A DNA stretch of 64,000 bases from Clostridia bacterium (GCA_045533905.1 JAZSIR010000016.1:56811-120810); one strand, 5' to 3'; positions 30,617-41,925 are shown, counted from the stretch's first letter. The notes: generated from the letters alone by a model not told the origin. Made by a program: numbers and translations.

Positions 30617-31795
30617 TTATCCGAGGTTTTGCGCGGCCACAAAAGCACTACTCCACGCCCACTGGAGGTTAAACCCGCCGCAGTCGCCGTCAATATCGAG
30701 CACTTCGCCCGCAAGGTACAGCCCTGATGCGAGGCGAGACTCCATCGTTTTCGGATTCACTTCGCTCGTAGCAATACCGCCGGCCGTAACCTGCGCTGCC
30801 GAGAAGGGCATAACGCCCGTCACTTTCAGGGGGAGCGCATGGAGAAGATGTGCCATCTCGCGGTCGTTTTTAGAAATCTTCAGAATTTCACGCCCTAAAA
30901 GTTTCGGCAAAAGTCCATAGAGGAAGCTTTCGCCCGTAAGATGCGGAAGTGCCGCACGGCGAGAGCGGAGCATTTCCAAAACTTCTTCTTCTGAAAGCGT
31001 GGGGAAGAGATTTAAAGTAACTTCCACGCGCTTTTCGCGTGCCACCCCATCCGATGCAAACCGCGAAAGGTTAAAAATGGGCGGACCGGAAACGCCGTAA
31101 TCGGTAAAGAGAAGCTCGCCCTCGGTCTCGCGCATTTTCTTGCCATCTACAAATATGGAGGCAGCGCCTTTGTGTTTTACACCCTTTAAGGCACGCATCG
31201 GTTTATCTACTTTCAGCTGTACAAGGGAGGGGAGCGGCTTTATAAGCGTGTGCCCGAATTTTTCTAAAAGTGCATAGCCTGCGCCGTCTGTTCCCATAGA
31301 GGGCGCGGCGCGGCCTCCTGTTGTAACCAAAACCGTTTTGGCGGTAAAATGCCGTCCGTCCTCACTCTTTAAATAAAAAACGCCGTCTTTTTTGGAAAGA
31401 GAGGTGATAAAACAGTCCACCGTTTCCGAAACGCCAAGCCGCGCTATCTCAAGGCGCATAAGATCAAGCACGGAGCCTGCCTGCAGGCTCTGTGGATATA
31501 GCTTCCCGTTTTCGCCTTCTATAAGCGGAAGCCCGAGCCCCTCGAAAAAGTTCTTTGTGTCCTCTGCGGAAAAAGCAGAAAGTGCAGACAGCGCAAAGGC
31601 GGCATTCTGCCCGTGATAGTTTTCGGGGCGAATATTCACGTTTGAAATATTACAGCGGCCGTTGCCGGTAGACAAAATCTTTTTGCCTACTCGTGGAAGA
31701 CGTTCACATAATAGAACGGTTTTCCCACGCCTTGCAAGAAAGATGGAGGCGGCAAGACCTGCGGCACCACCGCCGATAATCGCGACGTTGTACAT
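30617..31795 (-). CDS. HI0933/BaiN-like NAD(P)/FAD-dependent oxidoreductase
   Basis: GGGAAG, GKKILSTGNGRCN, GGFNLQWAWSS. Confidence 0.92.
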   Translation of the reverse strand: MYNVAIIGGGAAGLAASIFLARRGKTVLLCERLPRVGKKILSTGNGRCNISNVNIRPENYHGQNAAFALSALSAFSAEDTKNFFEGLGLPLIEGENGKLYPQSLQAGSVLDLMRLEIARLGVSETVDCFITSLSKKDGVFYLKSEDGRHFTAKTVLVTTGGRAAPSMGTDGAGYALLEKFGHTLIKPLPSLVQLKVDKPMRALKGVKHKGAASIFVDGKKMRETEGELLFTDYGVSGPPIFNLSRFASDGVAREKRVEVTLNLFPTLSEEEVLEMLRSRRAALPHLTGESFLYGLLPKLLGREILKISKNDREMAHLLHALPLKVTGVMPFSAAQVTAGGIATSEVNPKTMESRLASGLYLAGEVLDIDGDCGGFNLQWAWSSAFVAAQNLG

Positions 31796-31869
31796 CCTCT
31801 GGCTCCTTTACAATCGTTTGTTTCATTCTATCATATTTTCGTTAAAAAGGCAATAAAAAAGAAAAATAT

Positions 31870-31900
31870 GTTGACACAGCCGTTTTCTTCATGGTAATAT
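31870..31900 (+). promoter_or_regulatory. Sigma-A promoter upstream of lysine riboswitch
   Basis: TTGACA...TGGTAATAT with ~17-bp spacing. Confidence 0.6.
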
Positions 31901-31925
31901 GTATGTAAGTGCATAAAGTATGAAT

Positions 31926-32092
31926 ATATGGTAGAGGTGCGGAAATCATCAGTACCCTCTCTTTTTGGGACAAGCCGGGGAGGAGAAAGGGGTTTTTGCC
32001 GAAGTAAAAAGGCATCCTTGTCCGAAGCTTTTTTGCTGGTTTGCCGCAAAATATGCGTCAGACTGTCACAGAACGTGGAGCGCTATCAAATT
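31926..32092 (+). ncRNA. Lysine riboswitch (L-box)
   Basis: TAGAGGTGCG...AGTA...GAAAGGG...GCCGAA...CTGG...AATA...CTGTCA...TGGAGCGCTA in canonical order; followed by terminator AAAGCATGAGAGCGT...ACGCTTTCATGCTTTT. Confidence 0.92.
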
Positions 32093-32175
32093 TTACAGAC
32101 GAAGTGAAAGCATGAGAGCGTGACTACGCTTTCATGCTTTTTATATTCAAAAGAAAAATTGAAGGAGGGTTTTTT

Positions 32176-33798
32176 ATGAAAAAGGGGATCCTTGGTAAAG
32201 CTATTGCCATCATTTGCGTTTTGGCAATTGTAATCGCAGGGGCGGTTTTCGTAAAAACAAATGCAACGGGCGACGATGTAGTAAGTCGCTATTATTCCAC
32301 CATCATGGCGCTCTGTCCGCCGCTTCTGGCGATTGCGCTGGCACTGATCACGAAGGAAGTATATTCTTCTCTATTTATCGGTATTCTTCTTGGCGGTCTT
32401 CTTTCCGCAAACTGGAAGCCGATTGCGGCAATGGATAACCTCTTAAATGAAGGTTTAATCGCCGCTGTATCGGGAACAGCCGGTATCTTTATCTTCCTCG
32501 TAATCCTCGGCGCTATGGTTGCACTTGTAAACCATGCCGGTGGCTCTGCGGCATTTGGCAGATGGGCCGAAACCCATATTAAAAGCCGCGCAGGCGCTTC
32601 GATTGCCACCTTTATCCTCGGCGTTCTCATCTTTATTGATGACTATTTCAACTGCCTTACCGTAGGTAGCGTTATGCGTCCCGTAACGGATAGACACAAG
32701 ATTTCCCGCGCAAAGCTTGCATTTATTATTGATGCTACAGCCGCACCGATTTGCATGATTGCGCCTGTTTCTTCCTGGGCAGCTGCTGTATCGGAGTTTA
32801 CAAAGGGTACAGGGTATTCCGGCATTGAGCTTTTCATTCGTGCAATTCCCTATAACTTCTATTCGCTTCTTACACTCGTGTTCGTAGTGGCACTTGCCGT
32901 TATGAAGTTTGACTTTGGCTCCATGCGCCTGCATGAGTACAATGCCATGCATAATAACGACCTTTACACCTCGGGCGAACGTGCAGAAGCTGTAGAAACG
33001 GAGAAGGAAAATCCGCGCGGCCGTGTTATTGACCTCGTATTCCCCGTATTGGTTCTCGTTACCATCTGCGTATTTGGTCTTATCTACGTGGGCGGCTTCT
33101 TCGATGGCGCAAGCTTCATTGATGCCTTTGGTAACACCGATGCAACTGTAGGTCTTCCCTGGGGCGCACTTGTAGCTCTTGTAGTTACCATTATCTATTT
33201 GATGGCAAGACGTCTCATCACCTTCAAAGAAGCTATGGATTGCGTACCGAAGGGCTTTATCGCAATGGTACCTGCCATTTTGATTCTCACCTTCGCAACC
33301 GCTCTTAAGAATATGACAGGCCTTCTTGGCGCTGCAGACTTTGTTGGCGGCGTGATGGATTCGGCAGCTGCAGGCCTTGCAAACTTCCTGCCGGCTATCA
33401 TCTTCCTCGTGGCCTGTGTGCTCGCTTTTGCAACCGGTACATCTTGGGGTACCTTCGGCATCTTAATCCCGATTGTAACGGCTATTTTCGAGCCGGGAAG
33501 CGAATTCCTCATTATCGGTATGTCGGCATGTCTCGCCGGTGCTGTTTGTGGTGACCATTGCTCGCCCATCTCGGATACGACCATTATGTCCTCCGCAGGT
33601 GCACAGTGTAACCACTTAAATCACGTATCCACACAGATGCCGTACGCTATCACAATAGCCGCGATATCGTTTGTGATGTATGTGATTGCTGCCTTCGTTC
33701 AGAATGCGGCCATTCTCCTCGCGGTCGGCGCACTTCTCACAATTGCTACGCTCTTTGTTATCCGCGCAGTTGTGAATAAAAAGCCGATTAAGGCATAA
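32176..33798 (+). CDS. NhaC-family transporter, probable lysine importer (LysW-like)
   Basis: IFIDDYFNCL, ATGTSWGTF, GDHCSPISDTT; downstream of lysine riboswitch. Confidence 0.88.
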   Translation: MKKGILGKAIAIICVLAIVIAGAVFVKTNATGDDVVSRYYSTIMALCPPLLAIALALITKEVYSSLFIGILLGGLLSANWKPIAAMDNLLNEGLIAAVSGTAGIFIFLVILGAMVALVNHAGGSAAFGRWAETHIKSRAGASIATFILGVLIFIDDYFNCLTVGSVMRPVTDRHKISRAKLAFIIDATAAPICMIAPVSSWAAAVSEFTKGTGYSGIELFIRAIPYNFYSLLTLVFVVALAVMKFDFGSMRLHEYNAMHNNDLYTSGERAEAVETEKENPRGRVIDLVFPVLVLVTICVFGLIYVGGFFDGASFIDAFGNTDATVGLPWGALVALVVTIIYLMARRLITFKEAMDCVPKGFIAMVPAILILTFATALKNMTGLLGAADFVGGVMDSAAAGLANFLPAIIFLVACVLAFATGTSWGTFGILIPIVTAIFEPGSEFLIIGMSACLAGAVCGDHCSPISDTTIMSSAGAQCNHLNHVSTQMPYAITIAAISFVMYVIAAFVQNAAILLAVGALLTIATLFVIRAVVNKKPIKA

Positions 33799-33809
33799 TA
33801 GAGAATAAC

Positions 33810-33842
33810 AAATATCCCTCCGCAAAGCGGAGGGATATTTTA
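33810..33842 (+). terminator. Intrinsic terminator
   Basis: AAATATCCCTCCGC-aaa-GCGGAGGGATATTT. Confidence 0.85.
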
Positions 33843-33968
33843 TTTATAGGAAAGTACTACCGTCCGAAAATCTTCGCTGCACGCGCGTTTTTTGCGCGAT
33901 GGCGTAATAACCGCAATAAGAAAGGCGCCGCCCTTTTGGGCGACGCCTTCTTTATCGTCTTTTTAGAA

Positions 33969-36443
33969 TCAGACACCTTCGCGATTTCTGCGGAGCTGTT
34001 CGCCTTCGGTGAAGTTTTCACCGGCAACGTAGCCCGGAATCGGCATAATCTTTTCGTGGATTGCATCGATAATCCAGCTCGGCTGCGGGAAGAATGCATC
34101 TTCGAGTTCGTGGCACGGTGTGATCCAGTTGCGTGCGCCAACAACCACCGGCGGAGCATCGAGGTAATCAAATGCCATTTCGCTGATGTTCTGTGCAATA
34201 TCCTTAAGGTGAGAACCGCGTTCGCAGGCATCACTTGCAAGAACAATGCGGCCTGTCTTCTTAACGGATTCAAGCACCTTTTCGTAGTTGAACGGAACGA
34301 GGGAGCGAGCATCGATAACTTCTGCAGAGATGCCGTATTTTTCTTCGAGTTCCTTTGCAGCATCGAGTGCGCGGTAGAGGGTAGCACCAACGGTGAGGAT
34401 GGTGATATCGGAACCTACGCGCTTAATGTCCGGTTCGCCGATCGGAATTTCGTAGTATTCTTCCGGAACGCCGCCTTCGTGGAACTGTTCGCCGATGTCG
34501 TAAATTCTCTGGCTTTCAAAGAATACAACCGGGTCAGTGCCGGAGAGGGCGCTTGCCATAAGACCTTTAGCATCGTACGGTGTTACCGGGAATACAACCT
34601 TAAGGCCCGGAATGTGCGATACGATAGCTGTCCAGTCCTGCGAGTGCTGTGCGCCGTACTTCGAACCTACGGATACACGGAGAACAACCGGCATCTTGAT
34701 AATGCCTGCACTCATAGACTGCCATTTTGCGAGCTGATTTAAAACTTCGTCGCCTGCACGGCCGAGGAAGTCGCAGTACATAAGCTCTGCAATAACTCTA
34801 CCGCCGCTCATAGCGTAACCTACTGCGCTACCTACGATAGCAGCTTCGGAAATCGGGGAGTTGAAGAAGCGGTGATAGGGGAGAGCTTCGGTAAGACCAC
34901 GGTATACAGCGAATGCGCCGCCCCAGTCACGGTTGTCTTCACCGTAGGCAATGAGGGTCGGGTCTTTGTAGAAGCGGTCGATAATAGCTTCGAAGATACC
35001 GTCACGCAGCTGATATACCTGGTTCTTTGTGTAGGGCTTGCCGTTTTCGTCGAAAGCGAAGCGCTTGCGGCGTGCAATCTGCTGTACGCGCGGGTTTTCT
35101 TCCATCGGCATGAGAACGTCGGGTTCTCTGTCTTCCATCTTTTCGATCTTCTGGTTCGAGAACATAATGCCTTCGAGATCCATCGGATTTGTGTGGAGAT
35201 TCATGCGCGGAGAAACTTCCTCGTCGATAGCGAGCTTGTAAATCTTTGTCATGCGCTCCACGATTTCTTCTTCGATTGCATCGAATTCTTCCTTCTTTGC
35301 AACACGAGCAGAAACGAGTTTTGCCTTGTAAGCATCGAGAACGTCGTGCTTTGCCCAGGCTTCCTTTTCTTCCTTCGTTCTGTAGCTGTCGGAGTCGGAC
35401 GGGGAGTGACCGGCCATACGATATGTAAGCGTATCGAGAAGAACCGGACCGCGGCCTTCCTTGATGATAGCAATCTTGCGGCGCATTGCATCGATAACGG
35501 CGAGCGGATCGTAACCGTCTACGCGTTCTGCATGCATCTGTTCCGGGTTTACGCCGGCGCCAACTCTGGCGAGCGTCTGGTAAGCCATCGTTTCACCGAT
35601 AGTCTGACCGCCCATGCCGTAGAGGTTGTTGAAGAAGTTAAAGATAATCGGGAGACCCTGGTTAAAGCCTTCTTCCCAAAGTGTGCGAATCTGGTCCATA
35701 GAACCCATGTTAAGAGCTTCCCAAACCGGACCGCAGCCCATAGAAGCGTCACCGATGTTCGAAATTACGATACCGTCTTTCTTGTTTACGCGCTTGTAAA
35801 GAGCGCCACCCATAGCAACCGTTGCCGAACCGCCTACGATAGCGTTGTTCGGGTAGATGCCGAAGGGAGTGAAGAAAGCGTGCATGGAGCCGCCGAGACC
35901 TTTGTTAAAGCCTGTTTCTCTTGCAAAGATTTCAGCCAAAGCGCCGTAGAGGAGGAAGTCCATAGCTGCTTCCTTAACGTTTGCCTTGTCCTTCTGCTTG
36001 CCTTCGATTACGCGGTAGGTGCGGCCATCGAAGAAGCCTGTCATATCGTCCATGAGCTCTTTATCTTCGAGCTTGTGGATGGCGGAAAGACCTTTTGCAA
36101 GGATTTCGCCGTGGCTACGGTGAGAACCGAAGATGCAGTCTTCCTTATTGAGGAGATATGCCTGACCAACAGCGGAAGCTTCCTGACCCATGGAAAGGTG
36201 AGCGGGGCCCGGGTTATTGTAGGCGATTTCGTTGTATGCGCCGGTGGTTTTTACGAGGTAGAGCATCGTTTCAAACTCACGGATGATGCGCATGTCGCGG
36301 AAGATGCGAAGGAAATCTTCTTTGGAGTAGTTTTCCTTTTCTTCCTTAATGGTTTTGTTGTACTGGTTCACCGGAATGTCGGTGAAGGTAACGTGACCCG
36401 GCTTACGCAGCTCGTTCGGGTCCATAAACAGGGACTTTGTCAT
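33969..36443 (-). CDS. TPP-dependent 2-oxoacid/acetoin dehydrogenase E1, fused alpha+beta
   Basis: [15 protein letters not shown] motif, NNLYG, GHS; beta part [15 protein letters not shown]. Confidence 0.9.
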   Translation of the reverse strand: MTKSLFMDPNELRKPGHVTFTDIPVNQYNKTIKEEKENYSKEDFLRIFRDMRIIREFETMLYLVKTTGAYNEIAYNNPGPAHLSMGQEASAVGQAYLLNKEDCIFGSHRSHGEILAKGLSAIHKLEDKELMDDMTGFFDGRTYRVIEGKQKDKANVKEAAMDFLLYGALAEIFARETGFNKGLGGSMHAFFTPFGIYPNNAIVGGSATVAMGGALYKRVNKKDGIVISNIGDASMGCGPVWEALNMGSMDQIRTLWEEGFNQGLPIIFNFFNNLYGMGGQTIGETMAYQTLARVGAGVNPEQMHAERVDGYDPLAVIDAMRRKIAIIKEGRGPVLLDTLTYRMAGHSPSDSDSYRTKEEKEAWAKHDVLDAYKAKLVSARVAKKEEFDAIEEEIVERMTKIYKLAIDEEVSPRMNLHTNPMDLEGIMFSNQKIEKMEDREPDVLMPMEENPRVQQIARRKRFAFDENGKPYTKNQVYQLRDGIFEAIIDRFYKDPTLIAYGEDNRDWGGAFAVYRGLTEALPYHRFFNSPISEAAIVGSAVGYAMSGGRVIAELMYCDFLGRAGDEVLNQLAKWQSMSAGIIKMPVVLRVSVGSKYGAQHSQDWTAIVSHIPGLKVVFPVTPYDAKGLMASALSGTDPVVFFESQRIYDIGEQFHEGGVPEEYYEIPIGEPDIKRVGSDITILTVGATLYRALDAAKELEEKYGISAEVIDARSLVPFNYEKVLESVKKTGRIVLASDACERGSHLKDIAQNISEMAFDYLDAPPVVVGARNWITPCHELEDAFFPQPSWIIDAIHEKIMPIPGYVAGENFTEGEQLRRNREGV

Positions 36444-36456
36444 GGTAAATTCCTCC

Positions 36457-37827
36457 TTAACATTTTACTTGAAAGAGTGCTTCGCGCATAATTTCGCAAA
36501 CGGTGGGATGCGGGAATACAAACTCTTTAATATCGTCAATTTTCCATTGCGATTCAATCATCATAACAGCGGCAATGATGAACTCGGAAGCGTAGTTCGA
36601 AAGAACGTGACAGCCGAGCACGCGGCGGTACTTCTTGTCAACAACCAGCTTAATAATGCCGTTGCCGCCTTCGTTTTCCGCTACATAGCGGCCGCTGTAT
36701 GCCATGGGAAGCTTTACAACTTCGATGTCGTAGCCCTTTTCACGTGCGGTACGCTCTGTTTCGCCGCAGCTGCCAACTTCGGGGTTGGTGTAGATAACTG
36801 CAGGAATTGCATCGTAGCGCATAATGTCCTTTTTGCCGATAATGTTGTTTATGGCAACTTCGGCTTCGCGGTAGGCCGTATGTGCAAGCATGGACTTTCC
36901 GTTTACGTCACCGGCGGCATATACGCCCGGTACGTTTGTTTTCATGTGGCGGTCTGTTACAATCGCGCCGCGATTTACTTCCACGCCAATCGCTTCAAGG
37001 CCGATATCCTGCGAAACGGCACGTCTGCCGATAGAAAGGAGAACTTTGTCAGCAGGCACGCTTTCCGTTTTGCCGTCCTTTTCAAAGACAACCGCGTCCT
37101 TCTTCACTTCCGTTACTTTTGCGCCAAGGTGGAAGGTGATGCCCTTCGCCTTGTAGTTCTTGAGAAGAATTTCGCTGATTTCTTCGTCCGTGGGACCTGC
37201 AATCTTCGGCATCATTTCGATAACCGTTACGTTTGCGCCTACGGAGTTATAGTAGGAAGCCATTTCAAGACCGATAACGCCGCCGCCTACAACTACGAGG
37301 TTCTTCGGAATTTCTGTAAGGTCGAGTACTTCGCGGTTTGTAAGCACGAGCCCGCTTTCCACACCTTCGCGCACACCCGGAATCGGGGGCACAACGGGCG
37401 CAGAGCCGGTGGCGATGATGAGGTGCTTACCTGTGTAAACCTTGCCGTCGGCTTCTACAGTATAGCCTTCCGCGCTGCGGCCTGTGATTTTGCCAACCGC
37501 CTTCACAGTTTCTACCTTGTGAGATTTCAGCGTCATTTCGATGCCGGAAACAAGCGTGTTTACAACCTTGTTCTTTCTTTCGATAACCTTTTTCTGGTCA
37601 ATCGAAGCGCTCTGTACGGTTACGCCGTACTTTTCGCCGTGGTTTGCATAGTCGAAAACCTTAGCGGAGTAGAGGAGCGATTTCGAAGGCACACAGCCTT
37701 CGTTGAGGCATACGCCGCCAAACGCTCTCTTTTCAATTACAAGTGCGGAAAGACCTGCCTGACCGGCACGTTCGCCGGCAAGATATCCGGCAGGGCCGCC
37801 GCCGAGAACTATCAAATCATAAACCAT
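36457..37827 (-). CDS. lpdA: Dihydrolipoyl dehydrogenase (E3)
   Basis: [25 protein letters not shown]; start adjusted. Confidence 0.96.
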   Translation of the reverse strand: MVYDLIVLGGGPAGYLAGERAGQAGLSALVIEKRAFGGVCLNEGCVPSKSLLYSAKVFDYANHGEKYGVTVQSASIDQKKVIERKNKVVNTLVSGIEMTLKSHKVETVKAVGKITGRSAEGYTVEADGKVYTGKHLIIATGSAPVVPPIPGVREGVESGLVLTNREVLDLTEIPKNLVVVGGGVIGLEMASYYNSVGANVTVIEMMPKIAGPTDEEISEILLKNYKAKGITFHLGAKVTEVKKDAVVFEKDGKTESVPADKVLLSIGRRAVSQDIGLEAIGVEVNRGAIVTDRHMKTNVPGVYAAGDVNGKSMLAHTAYREAEVAINNIIGKKDIMRYDAIPAVIYTNPEVGSCGETERTAREKGYDIEVVKLPMAYSGRYVAENEGGNGIIKLVVDKKYRRVLGCHVLSNYASEFIIAAVMMIESQWKIDDIKEFVFPHPTVCEIMREALFQVKC

Positions 37828-37840
37828 TTTCTCAATCCTC

Positions 37841-39541
37841 CTATTTCGCAAGCAGAATGCTGAAGTTTTCGAGAACACTCGTCAGCTCCTGGAGGAAGCG
37901 TGCGGCGGGTGCACCGTCTACTGCGCGATGGTCGAAGGTGAGGGAGAGACCCATCTTCTTGTACGGAACAAGCTCGCCACCGACTTCGCGAACACCTGTG
38001 GTAATCGTGTCCACACCCAAAATACCGGTCTGGGGCGGGTTGATTACAGGCGTGAAGGATTCAATGCCCATAGAGCCGAGGTTTGTAATGGTGAAGGTAC
38101 CGCCCGAAAGAAGGTCGGGGCTGATGGTGCCTGCCTGGCAAGCCTTTGCAAGCTCTTTGCTCTTTACGGAGATTTCGTTAAGGCTCATCTTGTCTGCGCC
38201 GAAGAGCGTCGGAACCATAAGACCGCGCGGTGTGTCAACAGCCATACCGAGGTTTACGGTGTTAAAGTAACGCATGGTGTCGCCCATAAAGTGTGCGTTG
38301 AGGTCCTTGTGATTCTTCAGTACGCGCGATGCGGCGTAGAGAATGATATCGTTGAGTGTAATGTTGGCAAGACCGAGTTTTTCCATGTTGTTCTTAACTT
38401 TTGCGCGGTATGCCATAATTTCAGCAGCATCGAAGGAGCTGTTTAATGTAAGCTGTGCCATTTCCGAAAGGGAAGCGTGCATCGAGCGTGCAATCACCTT
38501 GCGGATGTTCGGGAGCTTCACATCTTCGAATTCTGCCACAGGAGCCTTCGGGGCCTCGGGTGCGGCAGCCTTCACTTCTTCTGCTGCCGGTGCGGCTGCA
38601 AGGTCTTCTACGCGAACTCTGCCGCCAATGCCTGTGCCTACCATGCCGGGCTTAAAGTCAGCAGCGGCTGCAGAAAGGAAGCCCTGGCCGCTTTCAATAA
38701 GAGCCTGCACGTCGCGTTCGATAATGCGGCCGTTCGGGCCTGTGGGGGTTGCCATAGAAGCGTCTACACCGCGGCGCTCGGCAAGTCCGCGCGCACGGGG
38801 AGAAATCTTGTTGGCACTGCCGGCTGTGGCAGTAGCAGCTACAGGAGCAGCGGCTACCGGTGCAGCCTTCACGGCTTCAGCAACAGGTGCTGCTGCGGCT
38901 TCGCCAGCGCCGGGGCGAAGTTCTGCCGTTGTATTGCCTTCTTTGCCGATGGCGCATACGTTTGTAAGGCAGGGAACATCGTCACCCTCTTCAAAGAATA
39001 CGTCAAGGAGAATACCTTCCACTTTGGATTCCTCATCAAAGGTGGCCTTGTCGGTTTCATATGTAAATAATGCGTCGCCAACGGCTACTTTGTCGCCCTT
39101 TTTCTTGTGCCACTTTGCGATAATGCAGCTTTCAACGCTCTGGCCCTGCTTCGGCATAATAACGGGTGTAGCCGTATTTTCCGTAATTACAGGTGCTGCC
39201 GCTACAGGAGCTGCGGCGGGCGCAGGTGCGGCTGCAGGTGCAGCTTCCGCAACCGGTGAAGGTGCCGCGGCACCTTCCGGAAGGAATTCTGCCACAGATT
39301 CGCCGGCGTTTCCGATTACACATACATTGGTAAGACAGGGAACATCGTCACCCTCTTCAAAGAATACATCCAAAAGAACGCCGCTACATTTTGCTTCTTC
39401 ATCGAAGGTAGCCTTATCGGTTTCATAGGTGAATAAGAGATCACCTTCGGCAATAGCGTCGCCTTTTTGCTTGTGCCATTTCGCAATGATACAGCTTTCA
39501 ACGCTTTGTCCTTGCTTCGGCATAATAACAGGTGTTGCCAT
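37841..39541 (-). CDS. Dihydrolipoamide acyltransferase (E2) with two lipoyl domains
   Basis: Two near-identical ETDKA lipoyl domains, AP linkers, SPRAR E3-binding domain, DHRAVDG. Confidence 0.94.
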   Translation of the reverse strand: MATPVIMPKQGQSVESCIIAKWHKQKGDAIAEGDLLFTYETDKATFDEEAKCSGVLLDVFFEEGDDVPCLTNVCVIGNAGESVAEFLPEGAAAPSPVAEAAPAAAPAPAAAPVAAAPVITENTATPVIMPKQGQSVESCIIAKWHKKKGDKVAVGDALFTYETDKATFDEESKVEGILLDVFFEEGDDVPCLTNVCAIGKEGNTTAELRPGAGEAAAAPVAEAVKAAPVAAAPVAATATAGSANKISPRARGLAERRGVDASMATPTGPNGRIIERDVQALIESGQGFLSAAAADFKPGMVGTGIGGRVRVEDLAAAPAAEEVKAAAPEAPKAPVAEFEDVKLPNIRKVIARSMHASLSEMAQLTLNSSFDAAEIMAYRAKVKNNMEKLGLANITLNDIILYAASRVLKNHKDLNAHFMGDTMRYFNTVNLGMAVDTPRGLMVPTLFGADKMSLNEISVKSKELAKACQAGTISPDLLSGGTFTITNLGSMGIESFTPVINPPQTGILGVDTITTGVREVGGELVPYKKMGLSLTFDHRAVDGAPAARFLQELTSVLENFSILLAK

Positions 39542-39644
39542 AATTCTGTAATCCTTTCTGCTTACAAACTATCCGCTTGCCGGTGTAAGCGATTCGGCAG
39601 GGGAGACGGGGAGTTAAGCCGCCCGTCGCGGCTTATGCGCGTTG

Positions 39645-40901
39645 TTAGATTGCCTTGGCGTTTGCAAGAAGATACTTTTCAGCTTCTGCATTCCAAAGAC
39701 CGTTGTGGCGCTTGCAGATTTCATCGAGCTTTGCAAACATGGGATCGGTTTCGCCAAGCTTTGCAAAGTCGTCAATCGCTGCAAGTTCCAGTTCGATGCC
39801 GGTGTAAATCAGCTTTTTGCCACCTTTGATTTCAGGGAGGTTCAACGTAGTGGGTACAGCCGCATTTAGCCCGCCGATATGGGTAATCATAGCGGACGGG
39901 TTGATAAGGCCGGCTTCCATCATACGGAGAGATTCCTTCATATCATCTGTGTTGCCGCCACTGGTGCCTACGATGTGGGTGGAAGCATAGTGTACATTAT
40001 AGAAGTTAAACTCTGCCTTGAAGGCGGGATTTGTGGGGCCTGCAAAGAAGTTGAGGCAACCGTCTTTCCCTAAAATCGCATCGCTCATTTCTACAACCGG
40101 TCTTACGGGTGCATAGCAGAATACATCGTCAAAGCCTTTGCCGTCAGTTAAGGCGATGAGATCCTCTGCGGTCTTGTCGGCTGTGTTTATGTACATGAGC
40201 TTTACGCCGTTCTTCGCAGCTTCCTCGGGCGAGAGAATCGAGGCGGCACGAGAGAGGCGTGCATCGTCAATATCGGTAACAACCAGTAAGGAAGGCTTTC
40301 TGTCGCAGTGGATGGCGTAGTCAATTGCACCGAGACCCATCGGGCCGGCACCTGCTAAAAGCGCCATGTTGCCGCCTTCGGTAATGCCCATAGAATGTAC
40401 ATAGCTTCCGGCTGTTGTGTGGTAGTTTGCGTGGAAACCGCCAACGATACAGCTCATCGGTTCTGCGAGGGAGCCGTAGAAGAAGGCATCACCGTCATAG
40501 TGAAGAAGACCTCCAACTTCCATCCATTCCTTGGGGATGATGATATAGGTGGCGTTGCCGCCGATGTGGGGGAAGGAGTAGCCGGGTGCCATTAAAGTGC
40601 CTCTGTAGCCGATAGCCGGCTGAATGGAGAATTTCTGGCCGGGCTTCCATTCCGACTGCCACTTTGCGCCAACCTCTACAATTTCGCCGCAAAATTCGTG
40701 GCCGATAATAACGGGATTTTCCGCTACATCGTTCGGCACACGCTTGTGTTCGCCACCCTGAATGGCCGCCTTATAGGAGGACATGCAGATGGAGTCCGAA
40801 ACAACCTTGGCAAGAATTTCATCTTCCGCGATAGCCGGAAGCTCAAATTCTTCAAGGCGCAGGTCATTTTTGCCGTAGATACGTACTGCTTTTGTTTTCA
40901 T
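39645..40901 (-). CDS. Zinc-binding dehydrogenase, L-sorbose-1-phosphate reductase (SorE)-like
   Basis: DSICMSSYKA, GHE, GAGPMG, GTSGGNTDDM motifs typical of SorE-like MDRs. Confidence 0.78.
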   Translation of the reverse strand: MKTKAVRIYGKNDLRLEEFELPAIAEDEILAKVVSDSICMSSYKAAIQGGEHKRVPNDVAENPVIIGHEFCGEIVEVGAKWQSEWKPGQKFSIQPAIGYRGTLMAPGYSFPHIGGNATYIIIPKEWMEVGGLLHYDGDAFFYGSLAEPMSCIVGGFHANYHTTAGSYVHSMGITEGGNMALLAGAGPMGLGAIDYAIHCDRKPSLLVVTDIDDARLSRAASILSPEEAAKNGVKLMYINTADKTAEDLIALTDGKGFDDVFCYAPVRPVVEMSDAILGKDGCLNFFAGPTNPAFKAEFNFYNVHYASTHIVGTSGGNTDDMKESLRMMEAGLINPSAMITHIGGLNAAVPTTLNLPEIKGGKKLIYTGIELELAAIDDFAKLGETDPMFAKLDEICKRHNGLWNAEAEKYLLANAKAI

Positions 40902-40931
40902 GTTCATTTCCTTTCTATACACTAATATTTT

Positions 40932-41687
40932 TTAATACACACGAACACCCGACCGCGTCAGATGGGATAGGGCAGTGGGGGAAGCGAGGCTGTCCGTCAC
41001 AAAACAGTCGATGTCCGTTTCTGTCGCAAAGGTAAACGGATGGTTTCGGCTAAATTTTTCACTGTCCATTACGAGGATTACACGGCTTGCCGCGGAGATG
41101 ACGGCACGCTTTATGGCGGCTTCCTCGTATGTGCCGCACGTGAAGCCAAGGTCAGGTGAGTAGCCGGAAGAGGCCATCACCGCTGTGCCAATGTTAATGC
41201 CCGAAAGAAAGTCTGCCGCGCCAAGCCCTGTGAGCGAAATATTTCTGCGGCTGAGCTTTCCACCCGTCATCGCCACTTCACAGTTCGGGTTTTTGAGAAG
41301 TTCCATGGCGAGATTCGGGTCGTTTGTGATGGCAAACATCGGTTTTTCGGGAATTTTCTGCACGATGTGCATCATGGTGCTGCCGGCATCAAAATAGATA
41401 CAGCTGTTGTCCACCAACAGAGAAGCCGTTTTTTCTGCAATTTCACGCTTCAGTTCTGCGTTTTCGAGTTCTCTGTGATGATACGCCGCTTCATGGCGAA
41501 GAGAAAGATGCTTAATACTTTTTGCGCCGCCCTTTGTTCGTACCACGTCCCCGCGCGATTCCAAAAACTCCAAATCACGCCGAATAGTCATAGAAGAAAC
41601 ATTGGGGAAAAGCGCCGTAAGATCTGCAATAGAAGCCTCTCCGTGCTCCATGATATAACCAAGTATTTTTTCACGTCTGTCCCACAT
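40932..41687 (-). CDS. DeoR/GlpR family transcriptional regulator
   Basis: VS.MTIRRDL HTH, DAGST, DSEKF. Confidence 0.93.
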   Translation of the reverse strand: MWDRREKILGYIMEHGEASIADLTALFPNVSSMTIRRDLEFLESRGDVVRTKGGAKSIKHLSLRHEAAYHHRELENAELKREIAEKTASLLVDNSCIYFDAGSTMMHIVQKIPEKPMFAITNDPNLAMELLKNPNCEVAMTGGKLSRRNISLTGLGAADFLSGINIGTAVMASSGYSPDLGFTCGTYEEAAIKRAVISAASRVILVMDSEKFSRNHPFTFATETDIDCFVTDSLASPTALSHLTRSGVRVY

Positions 41688-41723
41688 ACGAGTTTGTCAC
41701 CACCTTTCGGTTTTTCACAAAGA

Positions 41724-41778
41724 TGTGAAAATTTTTCACACCAGATAACATTATATATGAAAAAAAGTAACATGTCAA
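41724..41778 (-). promoter_or_regulatory. Consensus sigma-A promoter with downstream palindromic operator
   Basis: Minus strand TTGACA (41778-41773)-17bp-TATAAT (41755-41750); TGTGAAAATTTTTCACA at 41724-41740. Confidence 0.75.
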
Positions 41779-41878
41779 TAGAAAATTCAAAGATTCCTAC
41801 ATTTTTTATATATAAGGAAACTTTTGCTCTGGAAAGGGGATGCTACGAAAAATAATTTTAAGAATTTTCAAAAAAGTG

Positions 41879-41907
41879 TTGACAAAGAGGAAAAGCTATG
41901 CTATACT
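41879..41907 (+). promoter_or_regulatory. Sigma-A promoter of tRNA
   Basis: TTGACA-17bp-TATACT with TG extension. Confidence 0.8.
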
Positions 41908-41925
41908 AATCAGCGTTGAATAAAT

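Noticed and set aside
33936-39428. Long + strand ORFs (268-539 aa) over E1/E3/E2
   Set aside because: Antisense shadows produced by codon bias of the real minus-strand genes.
38950-39541. ~230-bp DNA duplication in E2
   Set aside because: Explained by tandem lipoyl domains, which are common in E2 subunits.
41724-41740. Similarity of the DeoR operator to the TGTGAAAATCACA array units
   Set aside because: Different spacer length and context; likely coincidental.
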